The notes under the pieces were generated by a model that saw only the letters and a program-made list of their open reading frames with translations, was not told where the DNA came from and ran no database searches. A stretch of 64,000 nucleotides of DNA from the human T2T-CHM13v2.0 reference genome, Homo sapiens, in the NCBI RefSeq assembly GCF_009914755.1, contig NC_060931.1. One strand, given 5' to 3'. Made by a program: the position numbers and the translations under genes. This document shows positions 15,207 through 29,470 of the stretch, piece by piece (position 1 is the first letter of the stretch; every line of letters begins with the position of its first letter).

Positions 15207-16007
15207 GCCTTAACTCAGTATTGCAAAGCTAGTAAGACTTTGCCACGTTGACTAGGACTGATGAGGAACAAATTCAGCAAAGGTAATATTATGGAGACTG
15301 GCTTAGAGAATATGGTTTCTCCAGGAAACTAAACTGTGGCTGAAATTTAAGAATTTTAATATAATGGTGCAGGGAGAGGTAGGATTTTAAAGGGGCTTAT
15401 GTGGTATAATTCAGTATTTTTTAAACTTTTTTGAGCACAACTCACAGAAAACACATTTTTTTATTATATGACCTGACAGAAACACAATGGAAATATGAAT
15501 GTTACAAAAATATTTATAACTCGCTGATTAATATGTACTCTATTACTGTGTTTGCTACTGTTTTCTTTTATACGTTCTATTTTATTTTGTTGAAATGCTG
15601 ATGTTGAACCAATGAGTTTATTTCTTGGACACCAATAGAGCAAAACACGCAGTTTGATAAACATTTTCCTAGAAAACATAACCAGCTTCATGAGTGTGCA
15701 ATCACTAGAGTGAGGAGTGCTAATCCAGCAGCTGGTGGGTCGCACCCAAGTCGAGTCACGGGGGCTTCTACAGGGGTCTTCAATTGTCCTCTCTTGCCCA
15801 CCAGTGCACTTGCACAACACATGCACATGTCAAAGAAAATGCTACATTAAATAGCAAATAAGAAACACCATGACAGACTGAGAGAGAGAATATGGGAGAA
15901 AAAAAAAGTTAGTACCTTTAACAGCACGTTTTCTACTTTTTGTACAAAGGTTACCATACTTTGAATTTTATTTTTGCCTCTCAAAATATGTTGCTAGTCT
16001 TATAGAA

Positions 16008-16673
16008 ATGCACTGTCAAATTAAAATATTATGCAAGCCACATAGGCAATGTTTAATTTTCTGGTAGGAACATTTAAATAAAATAAAAAGAAACAGGCAC
16101 AATTTATTTTGATAATGAAGTATTAACCGACTATATCCAATATACCATCTTTTCTGTGAGCCTTTTCTGATACTCTTCCACAGCCCCTTTATCTGCTACC
16201 TCCATTGCTATTTTGAATTACTCTTTTGGTAGATCTCCAATAGCCGGAGGTAGGTGATAGCAAGGTAGTCCCTAAAAACTTGACATGTGTCAGCGTACAA
16301 GTGTCCTCTTTGACCTAATTCTGCTGCACATAAATTTATAAACAAACAGGAACGAAATACTCAGACAACCTATTCTGTGGGCTTAGGGAGTCATGGCTTT
16401 GGGTGCTTTCAAAACACTCTTGCTGAGAGATTACTTAAGGTGAATATGGCTATGTTAATTTTGACAATAAAGTATTTAACCCAATATATCCAAAATATAT
16501 ACAAATCAATTAATAATAAAAATAAAAAATGGGATATTTTACTTTTTTATTCTACTAAGTCTTTCAAATGTGATGTGTATTTTATACTTACAGATCATCT
16601 TAATTTGAACTAGCCACATTTATAGTGCTCAATAGCCATATGTGATTTGTCATCACCATACTGGATGGCATAG
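16008..16673 (+). mobile_element. MER33-like hAT-Charlie DNA transposon fossil, split by a 310 bp insert
   Basis: 5' half 'gcactgtcaaattaaaatattatgcaagccacata...aaaaagaaacagg'; 3' half 'ctagccacatttatagtgctcaatagccatatgtg...ctggatggcatag'. Confidence 0.8.
16144..16452. repeat. Arm B of the inverted duplication (inserted copy of 14897-15206)
   Basis: 'accatcttttctgtgagccttttctgatactc...gctgagagattacttaaggtgaatatggcta' is the reverse complement of arm A. Confidence 0.95.
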
Positions 16674-19600
16674 TTATTAATAATAGGGAATAATGGAAGA
16701 TTTTAAACTGTGTCTGTGAAGTAAATTTGACATTAGAAAGATTTCTCTCCTAGCAGGGAAGTGTTGAAGTACATTGTGAGATTGGAAACCAGGGAAAGAT
16801 AATTATGGTAGTCTAGGCGGGAGACTATAGGTGCAGGAACTTGTCATTAGCTTTGTGGATTGGGGGCGAAGCAGATTTGAGAAGTAAGTGGGTGAAATTA
16901 TCAGGATGTGGTCACTGATTGCATGTGATTATTTGTTGGTAATAGGGGAAGAAGAGAGAAAGGAAAGAGACTAGAATAATTGCCAGGTTTGTGGACTTGG
17001 TGATTGGGTAGACAGTGGAACCATTCATCAGGATAATGTATCCAAAATGTGAACCAGACTGTATTTTTATTTGTTTTTTAAATTACTTTTTCTGTATTAT
17101 ATTGTTATCAATATAATATAGAGGTGCTTTTTGATTTAGTAATGTTTGATTAGAATTTATCCTAAGACACACTGGCCTTTTAGAATTTGAAACAAACTTA
17201 TATAAGTTGTTTGACCCAATGGGTTCTGCCTAGGAGAAATCTAAGGGTTAGATTCAGTGCCAGTCTTGTGACTAGAACATGAAATCACTGTTATAGATAA
17301 GCTTCTTAATTTACATGCAAGAAAACTAAAACTTAGTGAGATTATGTGACTTTCTCAAGCCCTCTCTGTTGAGAGATATATAGATATATAGAGACATATA
17401 GATATGTTAAACCATATCTATTTTTGCGTTTTTCTTGCTTCTGTGGCTTTTCTCAAAACTTTATTATCTGCTGTTGAGCTCACCTTATACTTTTAAAGTA
17501 AAATTATTCGATAAACATTCCCTTAGTTTCACCTTAAAACCTCTCTGTACGTTTATCTTTTCAGTCTTCCTTCGATTCTCTCTGTAAGATGTGCCCTACT
17601 TGTTTTTGAACACTGGTCTCTCCCCGTTCTCTTGTTTGCACTTGTCTTTACTTCCTCCTCAATCAATGTGTTGTTCCATTTGCTTTTCAAGTTCAATATT
17701 TTGAAATACTCTACCAGCATGTGGTTTGTTAAAACTCCCTTTGGTTGTTTATATTGCTCCATAACTTTGTTTAAAGGCTACATTTCTTTATTAAGTTGAT
17801 CAAGGTGGAAAAAAGAACTATCTATGGTTTTGAGTGAAATGCCTATGAACCTATTCTAAATAGTTCAGTTTTACAACTTCAAGAATGCATTTTCCCAGTG
17901 AATTTAACCATACTAAATATCCAGTATCCAATGACAACTTACAACACTGAGAAGACGTAATACTGACACATTTGTTAAAAAGTAAGTTGTGTGTCTGTAT
18001 GTGTGAGTTTATGTGTATCCAAGAGTTTATGTGTATGTTTGTGCATAAGTGTATTTCTTGTGTAGTAGCTCTTAATGTATTTTTAACTGAGCAAGTTCCT
18101 GCAACATTACCTCTTTTTGTAAAACTTCCCAGAGTTGGTTTGGCAATGCAAACCTATTTACTGAGAGGAATTGGATTCAGACATCATTTTCATTTAAGGA
18201 ATTTAGTGGTCTCACTAATGACTAGTCAATTGTTGAGGTGAGTACAGATTTAAACCAAGAATGATTGCTTAGGAGAATGGCTCAATATCTATCTGGCTTA
18301 CATTCTTAGTTAGAGAAACACAATCCATTAATTCTAAAATTCCACCAAGCAATATAGAAATGTTATATTCCTGTCTACTATTTCAGCTCTGGAGAAAAAG
18401 AATGTCCTTTAAATCCCAATATACGCATTTATTGTACTTCCTACTATTGCTTCTGCCATGTGGCTAGACTGTATTTTTCTATCATGTAAATAATCACATC
18501 TGATTAGGCATTCAAATTGTATTTTAGAAGTATTTACTCTTAAGTTGTGACACTGAATAAATTAAACCCATGAGGCCAATAAACTGCCCAGATTAATTTG
18601 TAACTTAACGTGACCAGAGATTACTTAAAATGTTAGAACCTGATTAAACCTCTTGAGACTTCAGAGTATAGTATTAATAAGTTCAAATCTCAATTTGTCA
18701 TGATTTTATAACTTATCTGTTCCTTTTTTCATCAAATCACACACAGAGATAAAATAACAGTCTTAAAAACAAAATAGCACTCTCTTACTCCAATAGACAT
18801 ACACCTTAAACAGAAGGCATGGACAATTTTACCTTTTTATATACAGAAATAATTTTCCCTATTTCAGATAATCTCTGACAAAAATGTGAAATCCATAAAT
18901 ATAATGTGATGTACAGGGTGACAATGTAAGAGAGACAATTTGGGAATCTCTACCCCAAAAAGGCAAAATAACTATCCAATACATATCTGCAATATTTTTG
19001 CTCTTCCAAGCCTTTTGTGAGGTTAATTCAGAGGAGAATTTAATAAACACATACCCTGTAACTGCTAATTTATTTACTTTTTAAAATAAATACCTTTTAT
19101 AATTATAATTATAAAGTAAAAAGCAAGTAACATGAATTATATCCATTAAGTAATATGCCGAACTGTAAGTTTTAAAAGTTGATGGTGAAAAAAAGGGAAG
19201 GAGAAAAGTGAGGAAGAAAGAAAGGAAGTAAGGGAGAGAGGAAGATGTATTGGCTCCGTGTACTATTGGTTTATCCATTAGTGATACATCAAAATCCATT
19301 TTGCCCCACTTTTTACCAGTAAATTGGTAAAAATAAGCTTTAAAATAATAAATCATAAAGAAGGTATGAGGGAACAGGCCTGTGGTTGGAATGCAGGCAA
19401 TAATAACTTGTTTGGAGGGTGATCTGACAAATAACCAACTTTTCCAGGTTGCATTCATATTCACAGTTCCAACAATTTATCTTGCAAAAATGCATTGTAA
19501 AGATAAATTTGCACAATGCACTAAGATATATGAATATGGTTTTCATTACAGCATAATTTATAAAATGTAAAAAATAGGGAAAGAGCTTATTCATAGAGAA

Positions 19601-20584
19601 ATAGTTATATTATTTCCATACAACAGAACACTAAATAACTATTTAAAAGTAAAGTAGATTTATATATATTAATCTGAAAGAATATGAAAGATACATGTTT
19701 AAATGGAAAAATCTTATGTGACATATAGAGAGTGATCATTCTGTATTTACTATAAAAACTAGAGTCATAGACACTGTCTATTATATACAAAGTTTGTAAT
19801 GTTATACAGGAAAGATTTACTGCTATCACCTCATGTTTATAGGTATTTGAAGGGGGTGATATGAGATCAATAAGCTTTATGATTTATTTAATTAACTTTT
19901 TTAAAGTTCAGTGTCACTTTTATTATCTAAATAAACATATCTGTGACTTAGAATAGTTAGAATTAGGGGGATTACTTTCTGATTAAAATTATCTTGTTTT
20001 TATGGTGGTTCATTATTCTCTTCCACATGTTTTTGGAGATAAGGAAAAATTCCTTTGAATATGAAGTTAGTTGACATATTGTACTGTGTGGTTAAAAGAA
20101 TGAAGGAGCATTTTTTTGGAAATTAACATAGGGAATAAAAAAACAAGCGATAAAGCACTCTGTTTTTTTAATTTATGCTATAAAATGAAACTTGTAACAA
20201 ATATTCTGGGTGCTTCCTAATGAGACCAATGAAATATTGGTACAGTAGAGGTATTGTAGGGTATTAATTTATACAATGAACTGTGTTCCAAATACAACAC
20301 AATTCCAAAATTTAATTTATTTCTAAATGTTGCCTGGTGAAGCTGAATTCAATAAGATTGAGTACAAATAGAATGACATTAGATGTCTGTAGAAGAAGCC
20401 CATGGATGGGGACACAAGAGCAGGGTATCACCACAGCTCCTCAAAGGACTGTAAGTATTTTCCAAACTGCTGCCAAAGATATCAGTATTTAATGTTTTAA
20501 AAATAAATAAAAATTGTTGATTTGCAACATGGCTGTAATCTGGCACACGGTGATGATGAAATAATATAAAAAATATGCCCAGTA

Positions 20585-20871
20585 GGCTAGGTGTCATGGC
20601 TCATGCCTGTAATCTTAGCACTTTGGGAGGCCAAGGCAGACAGAGCCTTTGAGCCCAGGAGTTTGAAAGCAATCCAGAACACATGGAAAAACCCATCTCT
20701 ACTAAACATACAAAAATTAGCTAGGCATGGCAGCACACACCCATAGTCCCAACAACTCGAGGAGCTGAGGTAGGAAGATCACTGGAGCCTGGGGATATCA
20801 AGGCTGCAGTGAGCCATGATCCCACCACTGCACTCCAGCCTGGGCAACAGAATGAGACCCTGTAACAAAAA
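20585..20871 (+). mobile_element. Alu (AluJ-like), diverged
   Basis: 'ggctaggtgtcatggctcatgcctgtaatc...gaggtaggaagatcactggagcctggg...aatgagaccctgt'; J-type 'ctgcagtgagccatgat'. Confidence 0.9.
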
Positions 20872-22774
20872 ATTGTAATAACCATCTCTCTCATTTTTTG
20901 TAAAAGAAATATGCCTGTAGGTCTTGCAATTTAGATTTATTCATAAACCAATCTACTTAGAAAAATCAGAAATAACATTTATTTTTCTGTATACATATAA
21001 ATTATAAACTAATACACTGATTTTCTAATTTATAAATTAGTTAATTTAAGCATTAGCTAATGTCTTTGAATAAATGGATAAAGTTGTTATTCTGAATTTT
21101 ACAAAGCTGAAGACCAGTACAGAGCTTAGACTGCTTTAATAAGATTTAAAAACCATATGAGGCCTAGTCTGTGCAGCTGGTTAAATAGCTTCTTTATTAC
21201 TATCAACTTATTAACAGAAAAATCCCAGGCATGGTCCCACTTGAATCCTATTTAAGAGCTATTGAAACTGTATTGAGTTTTCTCAAGAAAAAAAAAAGTT
21301 TCTCTTTACAGTGCTTCATCAGTAGATAAAATGAAATAGGTTTGTAATAAAAAAAAACCTAAGACTAGCTTTTTCTGCTCATAGCTTGATAAAAACAGTT
21401 GTGAACAGAAGAATAAAACAAAATATGAACTACAATAAATTATTCTCCATCTTGGTGAGGTAACATGTCCTAAAGAATTTTTAGAAACTTTGTTAGGTTA
21501 AGTTTAAATTCTACTTTAATCATTTTATCCCCTCCAAAATGTAAATGAAAATCAATCATCATGGCCCAAACTCATTTCAGATAACATATCTGGGAACAAG
21601 GGAGAATTCTGAATTGTGATATGGGTCTAATAACACTGTAGAATCCCAGATCACAGTTAATATCTGCAGCTTCTACCTTTCTTATATTTTTTACCATGAG
21701 AACAACTACCCTAAAATTTAGTTTCCAGACACTCTTCTGATTGGATGTTTGAAGTCATTTTTCATATGTAATTCTTCAAAATGACCAATTAAGGATTTTC
21801 TAGAACCAAAATACTTTAATATTCACCTTACATTATAATCTATAAATCGATTGCCTGGATGAATAACTCTTTATAATCCCAGATTTTTAAAAGGCAGTCA
21901 ATAAAATTATAAACCTACCATTCTCTCTTCCATCATATTCTACCATTACAAATTATAACTACATGTTTCTCAGATAAATATTCATCGTGAAACTCAGGTG
22001 GGTTTCAGCTCTGGCTATTCCACAACTAATCATTATTATTCTCTCAGCCTGGTAGAGGCATCATTTAGGAATGGCATTAAACTTTACTTTGTGAATCAGA
22101 AGTGGTTATGAATTATATGAATATTCAGTGTTGTATTACATAAATTCATTGCTGATGTCCAGATAGAAATATTAATAAAAGCTGTTTTTTTTTACTACAT
22201 TGTTGGTCAGTGTTGGTTTGAACTGAATATAGAAAATGTAATACACTGAATAACATATAACATAAATGTGCTTTTATCCTTAATCTTATAGATTGTTTTT
22301 AATCATGCTATTTGAACCAAATCATTAGATAATTTGATATGAGACAAACTAAATGCATGTATCAAAGCTATTGAGACTAGAAATGTAAGCAATTTGTTCT
22401 CACTGCTGATGCAATAGTTTTATACTTAAATACCAGAGATAGCCAAACCAAATAACCAACACTACAATTACTTGTTGCCAGAAAGATTGACAATATAAAT
22501 TCCACTGAAACCAAAACCATTAACTTCTGGTATGTCTTGAAAAACCAATGGACTCAACTCCAGATATTCTATATAGCATGCCAAAGAATTCAGCTGCTTA
22601 CAATCACAACCATAACTAGTGTATATCTGAGGCCTTATCAGGAAGATGTATTGTTTAAAATGTGATGATTCACTGGTGTCAATAACACTTTTGTTTAAAT
22701 GACTGCAATGAGTAATTGGTAATGTTTGCTTTGAAACCATTGAGCTTACAACTCATATCTCTTGTAATGAATAC

Positions 22775-23220
22775 TGTGGGTGTACTTCCTAGACAACCTT
22801 CTACAGGGCCAAGTCATTCATTTCCTTAGCTGGTATAAATGTTTTCACTGAAGCCCAAAGCTGAGTTACCTGCAAGAACTGTACTGCCTTGACCTTGGTG
22901 AAAGGAAATTTTCTCACTCATTGTTTTGCCTCCTTTCTGGTTGCAGCACTTATACAATGCCTGGTTGATGCTACATGAAAGTATGAAGGCCCTCCCACAT
23001 TTCCTCCATTTGGGACGACTCTGAAGGGCCATCCCAACTCCATCGCTCTCCAGGAGATAAGCTGAGGCTTCTATTGTGAAAGTAGCACAATTCAATGTCT
23101 CCTTCTAGCCAGTTCTGTTTCACTTACTTCCACATAGGTAATGTCACTGAGAATACACTTACATAAACATAATGCCTGACAATCTCTGTCTCAGTCTATT
23201 TCCCATGGAACCCAATGGGA
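22775..23220 (+). mobile_element. LTR16A-like ERVL solo LTR, old
   Basis: 'gggacgactctgaagggccatcccaactcc...gctgaggcttc...aatctctgtctcagtctatttcccatggaaccc' matches the remembered LTR16A 3' half. Confidence 0.65.
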
Positions 23221-24264
23221 AACTTCTGTACAAATCTGTCATAAAATAGAAAAACACTGGTCACTTATATTGTCTCTGCATTATAAAAATTTTAAATTAA
23301 TTTCTGGTGAAGGCTTCAGCTTGTTCTATCTAAAATCTTTGGACTCAGTTCTTCATGGGATGGGGCATTATCTTGCCCTTTTCTTATTAAGTTATAACTA
23401 TTCCAAATATTTTCTGCAATTGCATTGGACCTAGCAGTTATGTTTGCAGAATATAAAATGATAGTTTATTTACTTATCACTCATGAGGAAGTTGATTAGG
23501 AATATCACTATTATTATATCAGGTATAATAATATATGTTAAGCTACAGTCAGAAGATTCCTGATCTATTTCTTGGCCTCCCTAGACACGGCTGGCATTGC
23601 TTGGTCACCCTTATTTCATGGGCTTTTTCTTAGAATACACTAAATAAGATAATTAGATATTGCATGTTTGTTTTAGAAAGTAAGCACACCTCAGTTATCT
23701 CAACAAGGTCAATCTAGTTTGCTTCTGACTTCTTAATTTCTGCTGCAGCATGTTCCTACATTTTAGGATAGCAGCTAAACCTCAGTATCTGAATGGTGAT
23801 AGCATGGGATAAAATTGCTTTTCAATATTAGCACTTGAGGAGAAAGTGACAATGAAGGAGGATAGACTTTAGAAGTGAATCCAGATAAGAGACACCAAAA
23901 TATTTATTGGAACATATGAGTGACTCACATAATAGAAAATATGAGTTACCGGGTTCTTGGGTTTTATGCTCTAGAATTTTAGTCAATGTGACTTAGGTTC
24001 CTTTTTCTGGGAAATAGCCTTTGACAGAGGTAAACACTGTGTCGTTAGCTTTTGTTGCAATTTCACAAGGAGGCACAGAAATGTCTCAATGATCAGAGAG
24101 CTTCTGAAAAATTGCAAATTATTGTCAGCCATAAAATAAAAAGGGAGTCATATCATATCTAATAAGAAATTCCAATTATTTACCTTTGTATAACTCAACC
24201 CAAATTGAAAATAGTACCATTTCACTAAGGCCTCAGGCATGGGAAGAACATTTAAACTCTATTT

Positions 24265-24990
<726 letters not shown>

Positions 24991-25044
24991 GAGAAACTGT
25001 ACTTTGAAGGGAAGGTGTCTATTTTGTTTGCATGAGGTGAGCAA

Positions 25045-25250
25045 GTAACACAGATTCAGACTGTATGGGTTTGAATCCTGACAGGATGATATTTTTCATT
25101 ATTTAATCTTTACACAACATATTTCTCACTTGTAAATTATAGACAGTAATAGTAATTACCTCGTAGGTTCTCATGAAGGTTAAAAGTGATAAGTATGGAC
25201 TATTTAGTATAGTGCCTGGCATTCAGTAAATACATAATAAGTATAAACTC
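25045..25250 (+). mobile_element. MIR SINE fragment
   Basis: 'gggtttgaatcctg...tttctcacttgtaaa...atagtaattacctcgtagg...gtgcctggcattcagtaaat'. Confidence 0.65.
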
Positions 25251-28200
25251 ATTCATAGTTCTAAAACAGGCCTCAAATCATGATTAGTGGCCATTCTTCC
25301 AGGCATACATATCTTTTTGTTTTCTTTCTTTTTCCCTTCAAATTAAAATAAAACTGCCATGTATTTTTTTAAAAGTGGGAAAAAAGTGAAAACATTTGAA
25401 ACATGTACTATATAGAAATGAATTATATTAGAATATACAGATTGCTCTGATATACCAAGACAAGAAATACTATGGACTTGTTAGGAAAACTGGTAAAAGA
25501 AAATAGTCAAAGAGCCAGGAACATGAGTTAAGTTACACTTTTTCATGATTAATCAAGGAAAGAAAGACAGATAAGTGCTGCCAATAATGTGGAGCAAAGG
25601 GGAATGTGCTGTATGTCAATGTTAATGTAACAAAGGTGCATGTGAACCAGCAATTCTACCTCTGAGTATATTCTTAACAAAGATGTATGCTTGTGGGCAA
25701 TTTTTAAATGTACAAAAATATTCATAGCACCATTGTGTGTAATAGTCTATAACTGGAATTAGTACCACTAATTGGCAATAGGTGCACTATCCACAATCCT
25801 GTTGACTCCTATTAACTCTTAGTACCAAGAACATACAAACAGCTATGCAAATAACCACCCAAGCTTCAGTGGCTTATCATAATAAAAGTGTTACTTACAT
25901 AGTCACCGTCTAATGTGAGACAGTGATGATGAGGGGCTATTTCTCCACTCAGTCATTCAGATAACCAGGCTGCCTGCTTCCATCTAGTGGGTCCATTCCC
26001 TTCTAGGATCCCTACTGTTCCAGTGAATAGTTTTCCTTCTGAAGGGAGGCCAGGAAAGGGAGCTAGCAAAGGCACCAGAGGTTTCAGGGCAGAAAGTTTG
26101 ATGGCCTGCCTCCTGTCACAGGCTCCACTAATGGCACGGGAACCTAAAAAATGCCGTTTAACTGAGTGCCCAGGAGAAAGTCAATGTGGTCTGATGAGTC
26201 CCCACTAACTGTCTGTCACAATACTGAAGGGGAATACGATACATATCTTCTCAAGTTCTGGAACATAGGGAGGTCAGGAAAGACATCCTAAGACCCACAT
26301 CCCATGCACTGTCCAAGTGGCCCAGATATTAATTCCTGGTGGCTCTTTTCTAGTTTTCTGGAATGTTCAGATGACCATATTCCTTGTTCCTCACTGACTG
26401 ACATCCTGGAGAGCAGACTACACAGCTTCAGAGTAGTTCTCTGTTCTGCCTGGTTGCTCCAAATTCTATTTAAAATGCTCTTCCAATGGTACCTTAGTCA
26501 TTCTCTCTTTCAAATTTCCCCAGGAGCCCCTTCTCTCTGGCATATTTCCAGGAGGTGGGCCTTGGTTCAGTGACAGAACTCAGCACTATGTCTCTGCTTC
26601 TCCTAGAAAAGCTGAAACACCGTCTTGGCTGACATTTCTGCCCAAATCTTCTCTGAAGCAGGTCCCTTGGTAGGGGCTATCACATCTCATAGGCACAGTC
26701 ACCAGATTAGTGTGTGTGGAGGGAGAGGAAGGCAGTGCAGGTAGAACGGATCCCTGAAAACACTGATTCAATAGTTCCTGGGGAAGAGGAGTAGGACTAG
26801 TGATCTATACTACTGTTCAAAGATGTCAAATCAACTTTTAGCTCCAAAATGGTTGTTGACATCCCAGAAGCTCAATATGCTGGTAGGTGGCATTCAGGGA
26901 GCAGATAGATGCAAGGAGCAGTGCAGTTCTAAGTCACAAGGTGGTTCCTAGGTTATGGTTGTCCACAAGAAACAGGATTTAGCTTCTTTTGAGAACTAGT
27001 CAGGATGGAGGAAATGAGAAGTAGGTCCAGAGTTTAAAAACTAGCAGTTATGTAGGATAGATAAGTCTAAAGATGTAATGTATAGCATGAGGTAGAAGTT
27101 GAATTTGGAGAATTAGTAGAGTTATCCAGATTAACAAAAGAGTCATGAATATTGTGTTTCAGGTTTGGAAAACAGCATGGATAAATAACCAGATATATAG
27201 GGTTATTCATAGCTCTATATATGGTGCTCAGATATATAGTGAGTTCAGTATTGAGAAAAGATTATGGATAGGTGGACAAAGGCCAAATCCTTAAATAATT
27301 TGTAATCCATGTCGTCCTTATCCTGTTTAGGTCAAATATAAGCTTCTGTGTGGTTTAAAACAAACATCACATGAGAGCATTTTAAACAATCATTATGTGA
27401 TTCATTTACTCTCTTGGATAGCAAGTGTATGTAGTATAATAAGTAAAAACCAAAAATGGAGAGACCAGCTAGGAAGCTGGTATACACAAAAGGTGATAGA
27501 AAGCTAAATTAAGGAATTAGACATGGGAAGGGGAAAGAAGGGAGCAATTTAGGGGATGGACAGAAAGCATAATTGTTAGGACTCAGTGATTAATAGAAAT
27601 TTGAAATGAGAATAAGGGAGCAGCTAAGAATCATTGGTTTAAAAATAAGGTTGTTTTATCCATTAGGATAAAGACCACAGTTTGGAAGTGATGACCAGCA
27701 GATGGGTTTGGTTATGATAAAATTGTTGATAAGAGTTTCTAAAGACAGGTCGGCTAGGAGACATGCAAAATTATGACCTATCTCTAATAACTATTTAACA
27801 TGTCTTGGGAATGCATTTTTATGACAAATTTAAGATTATTAATTCAATCTTCAACCCATTTCCCTATTTTCATAACTATATGCAGTTTATGTTGTACCAA
27901 TATGACTCATGATAAATAAGAATCCAATATTAAAATAAAGCCTCTAAAGGCTTTTTAAAAATAGTTTCATTGAAGCTAATCTTCCTTATCCCTGGATGAA
28001 ATTGCCTTTTGTTTCTCTGCTGATTCTCAGATATTAAAACAGTACTACCAGTCTCTAAGTTGCTGACACACGGAAGTGTCTAGTCTTATGCATTAATCAA
28101 AATTTAGAACTTGACTTTGGATTAAATCTTTTCTTCCTCTTCCAGCTTGGGTCACCTACTGGATGCAAGATTTAAGTAAAAACGAATGGTTGATTGTTCT

Positions 28201-28801
28201 GCTTTCTACTCTCTTATGGCACAACCCTAACTTATTCACTAGCTGTAGTTCTATTTTCCTACAGGACCTAAGGCAAAGGTTGGCAGAAAAGTAGGGAGAG
28301 GTAGAGCAATTCTTACTCGACTGATGGCACTACAATTGTTTCCTTCAAGGTTCCTCATTATGCTACTTTCTTTCCAGTTCCAGTGACCTTGGTGAGGCCT
28401 TGTATGACACACCTCTCAATATCTGAAAGATCCTCTTCTTTCTCTTGGGGGTCCAGTCCCTTCCAAGAAAAATTAGGCAGGACAAAAGATGACCAAACTC
28501 AGTATCTCCCTCTCTGCCTTATCTTATTCATGGTTATTTTACCCCATGTTAAAAATCTCCATGATATCAGGGTAATATCGAAACAACATGACTTTTGAAC
28601 TCCCCTGCCTTCAAGCAGCTACTCAGTTCAGCCCTTCTTTAAACTTCTAGGTTTCCATAAGTTTCAGACCCCAAAGGTGCACTTTAGCTTTCTTAGAGAT
28701 GCTAAGTCAGACACAAATATGTTTTCTCTTCAGTGGAGGTAAGAGATATCATAACTGCCCAAGTGATTACCTTGAAACATCTCTCAGGAGTTGGATGTTA
28801 G

Positions 28802-29470
28802 CTTATTTCATTTTACATAATGTCCTCCAGTTCCATTCATGTTGCTGCAAATTATGGAATTTTATTCTTTTTATGGCTGAATAATATTCTTTTGTGTGTA
28901 CATATCATGTTGTCTTTATCCATTTATCTATTGATGGACACTAAAATTGATTCCATTTCTTGGTTATTGGTAATAGTGCTGCAATAAACAAATATTTCAT
29001 GTTCTCACTCATATGTGGGACCTAAAAAAATTGATCTCATGGAAGTAGTGAGTAAAATGATAGTTACCAGGGGATGGAAATTGTAGGGGGTTTAGTGGCT
29101 ACAAAATACAGTTAGATGGAAAGAATAAGTTGTCATATTCTATAGAACAGTAGGGCAACTATAGTTAACAATAATTTATTATACGTCTCAAAATAGTGAA
29201 AAGAGAAGATTTGAAATGTTCCTAACAAAGAAATAGCAAATGTTTGAGATGATGGCCATCCCAATTACCCTGATTTAATCATTACATAAAATATATATGT
29301 ATACACACATATATATGTATGTATATGTATATATATACACACACATTCGCACTCATGCTATTCTACTACATATATGTATAGCAAATATATACATATGCAT
29401 ACATGTGCTACTTTGCTATGTATAAATAGGTACAATTTTTATGTATTTATAAAAGCATTTAATAAAAGAA
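28802..29470 (+). mobile_element. 5'-inverted, truncated L1MA 3' end (antisense 28802-28990, sense 28991-29470)
   Basis: Antisense 'cttatttcattttacataatgtcctccag...atagtgctgcaataaaca' abuts sense 'catgttctcactcatatgtggg...'; TSD agttggatgttag (28789-28801) / agttggacgttag (29471-29483). Confidence 0.85.

Noticed and set aside
28120-28400. Three pyrimidine-rich AG acceptors on the plus strand
   Set aside because: No convincing paired donor or reading frame; expected by chance in T-rich DNA.
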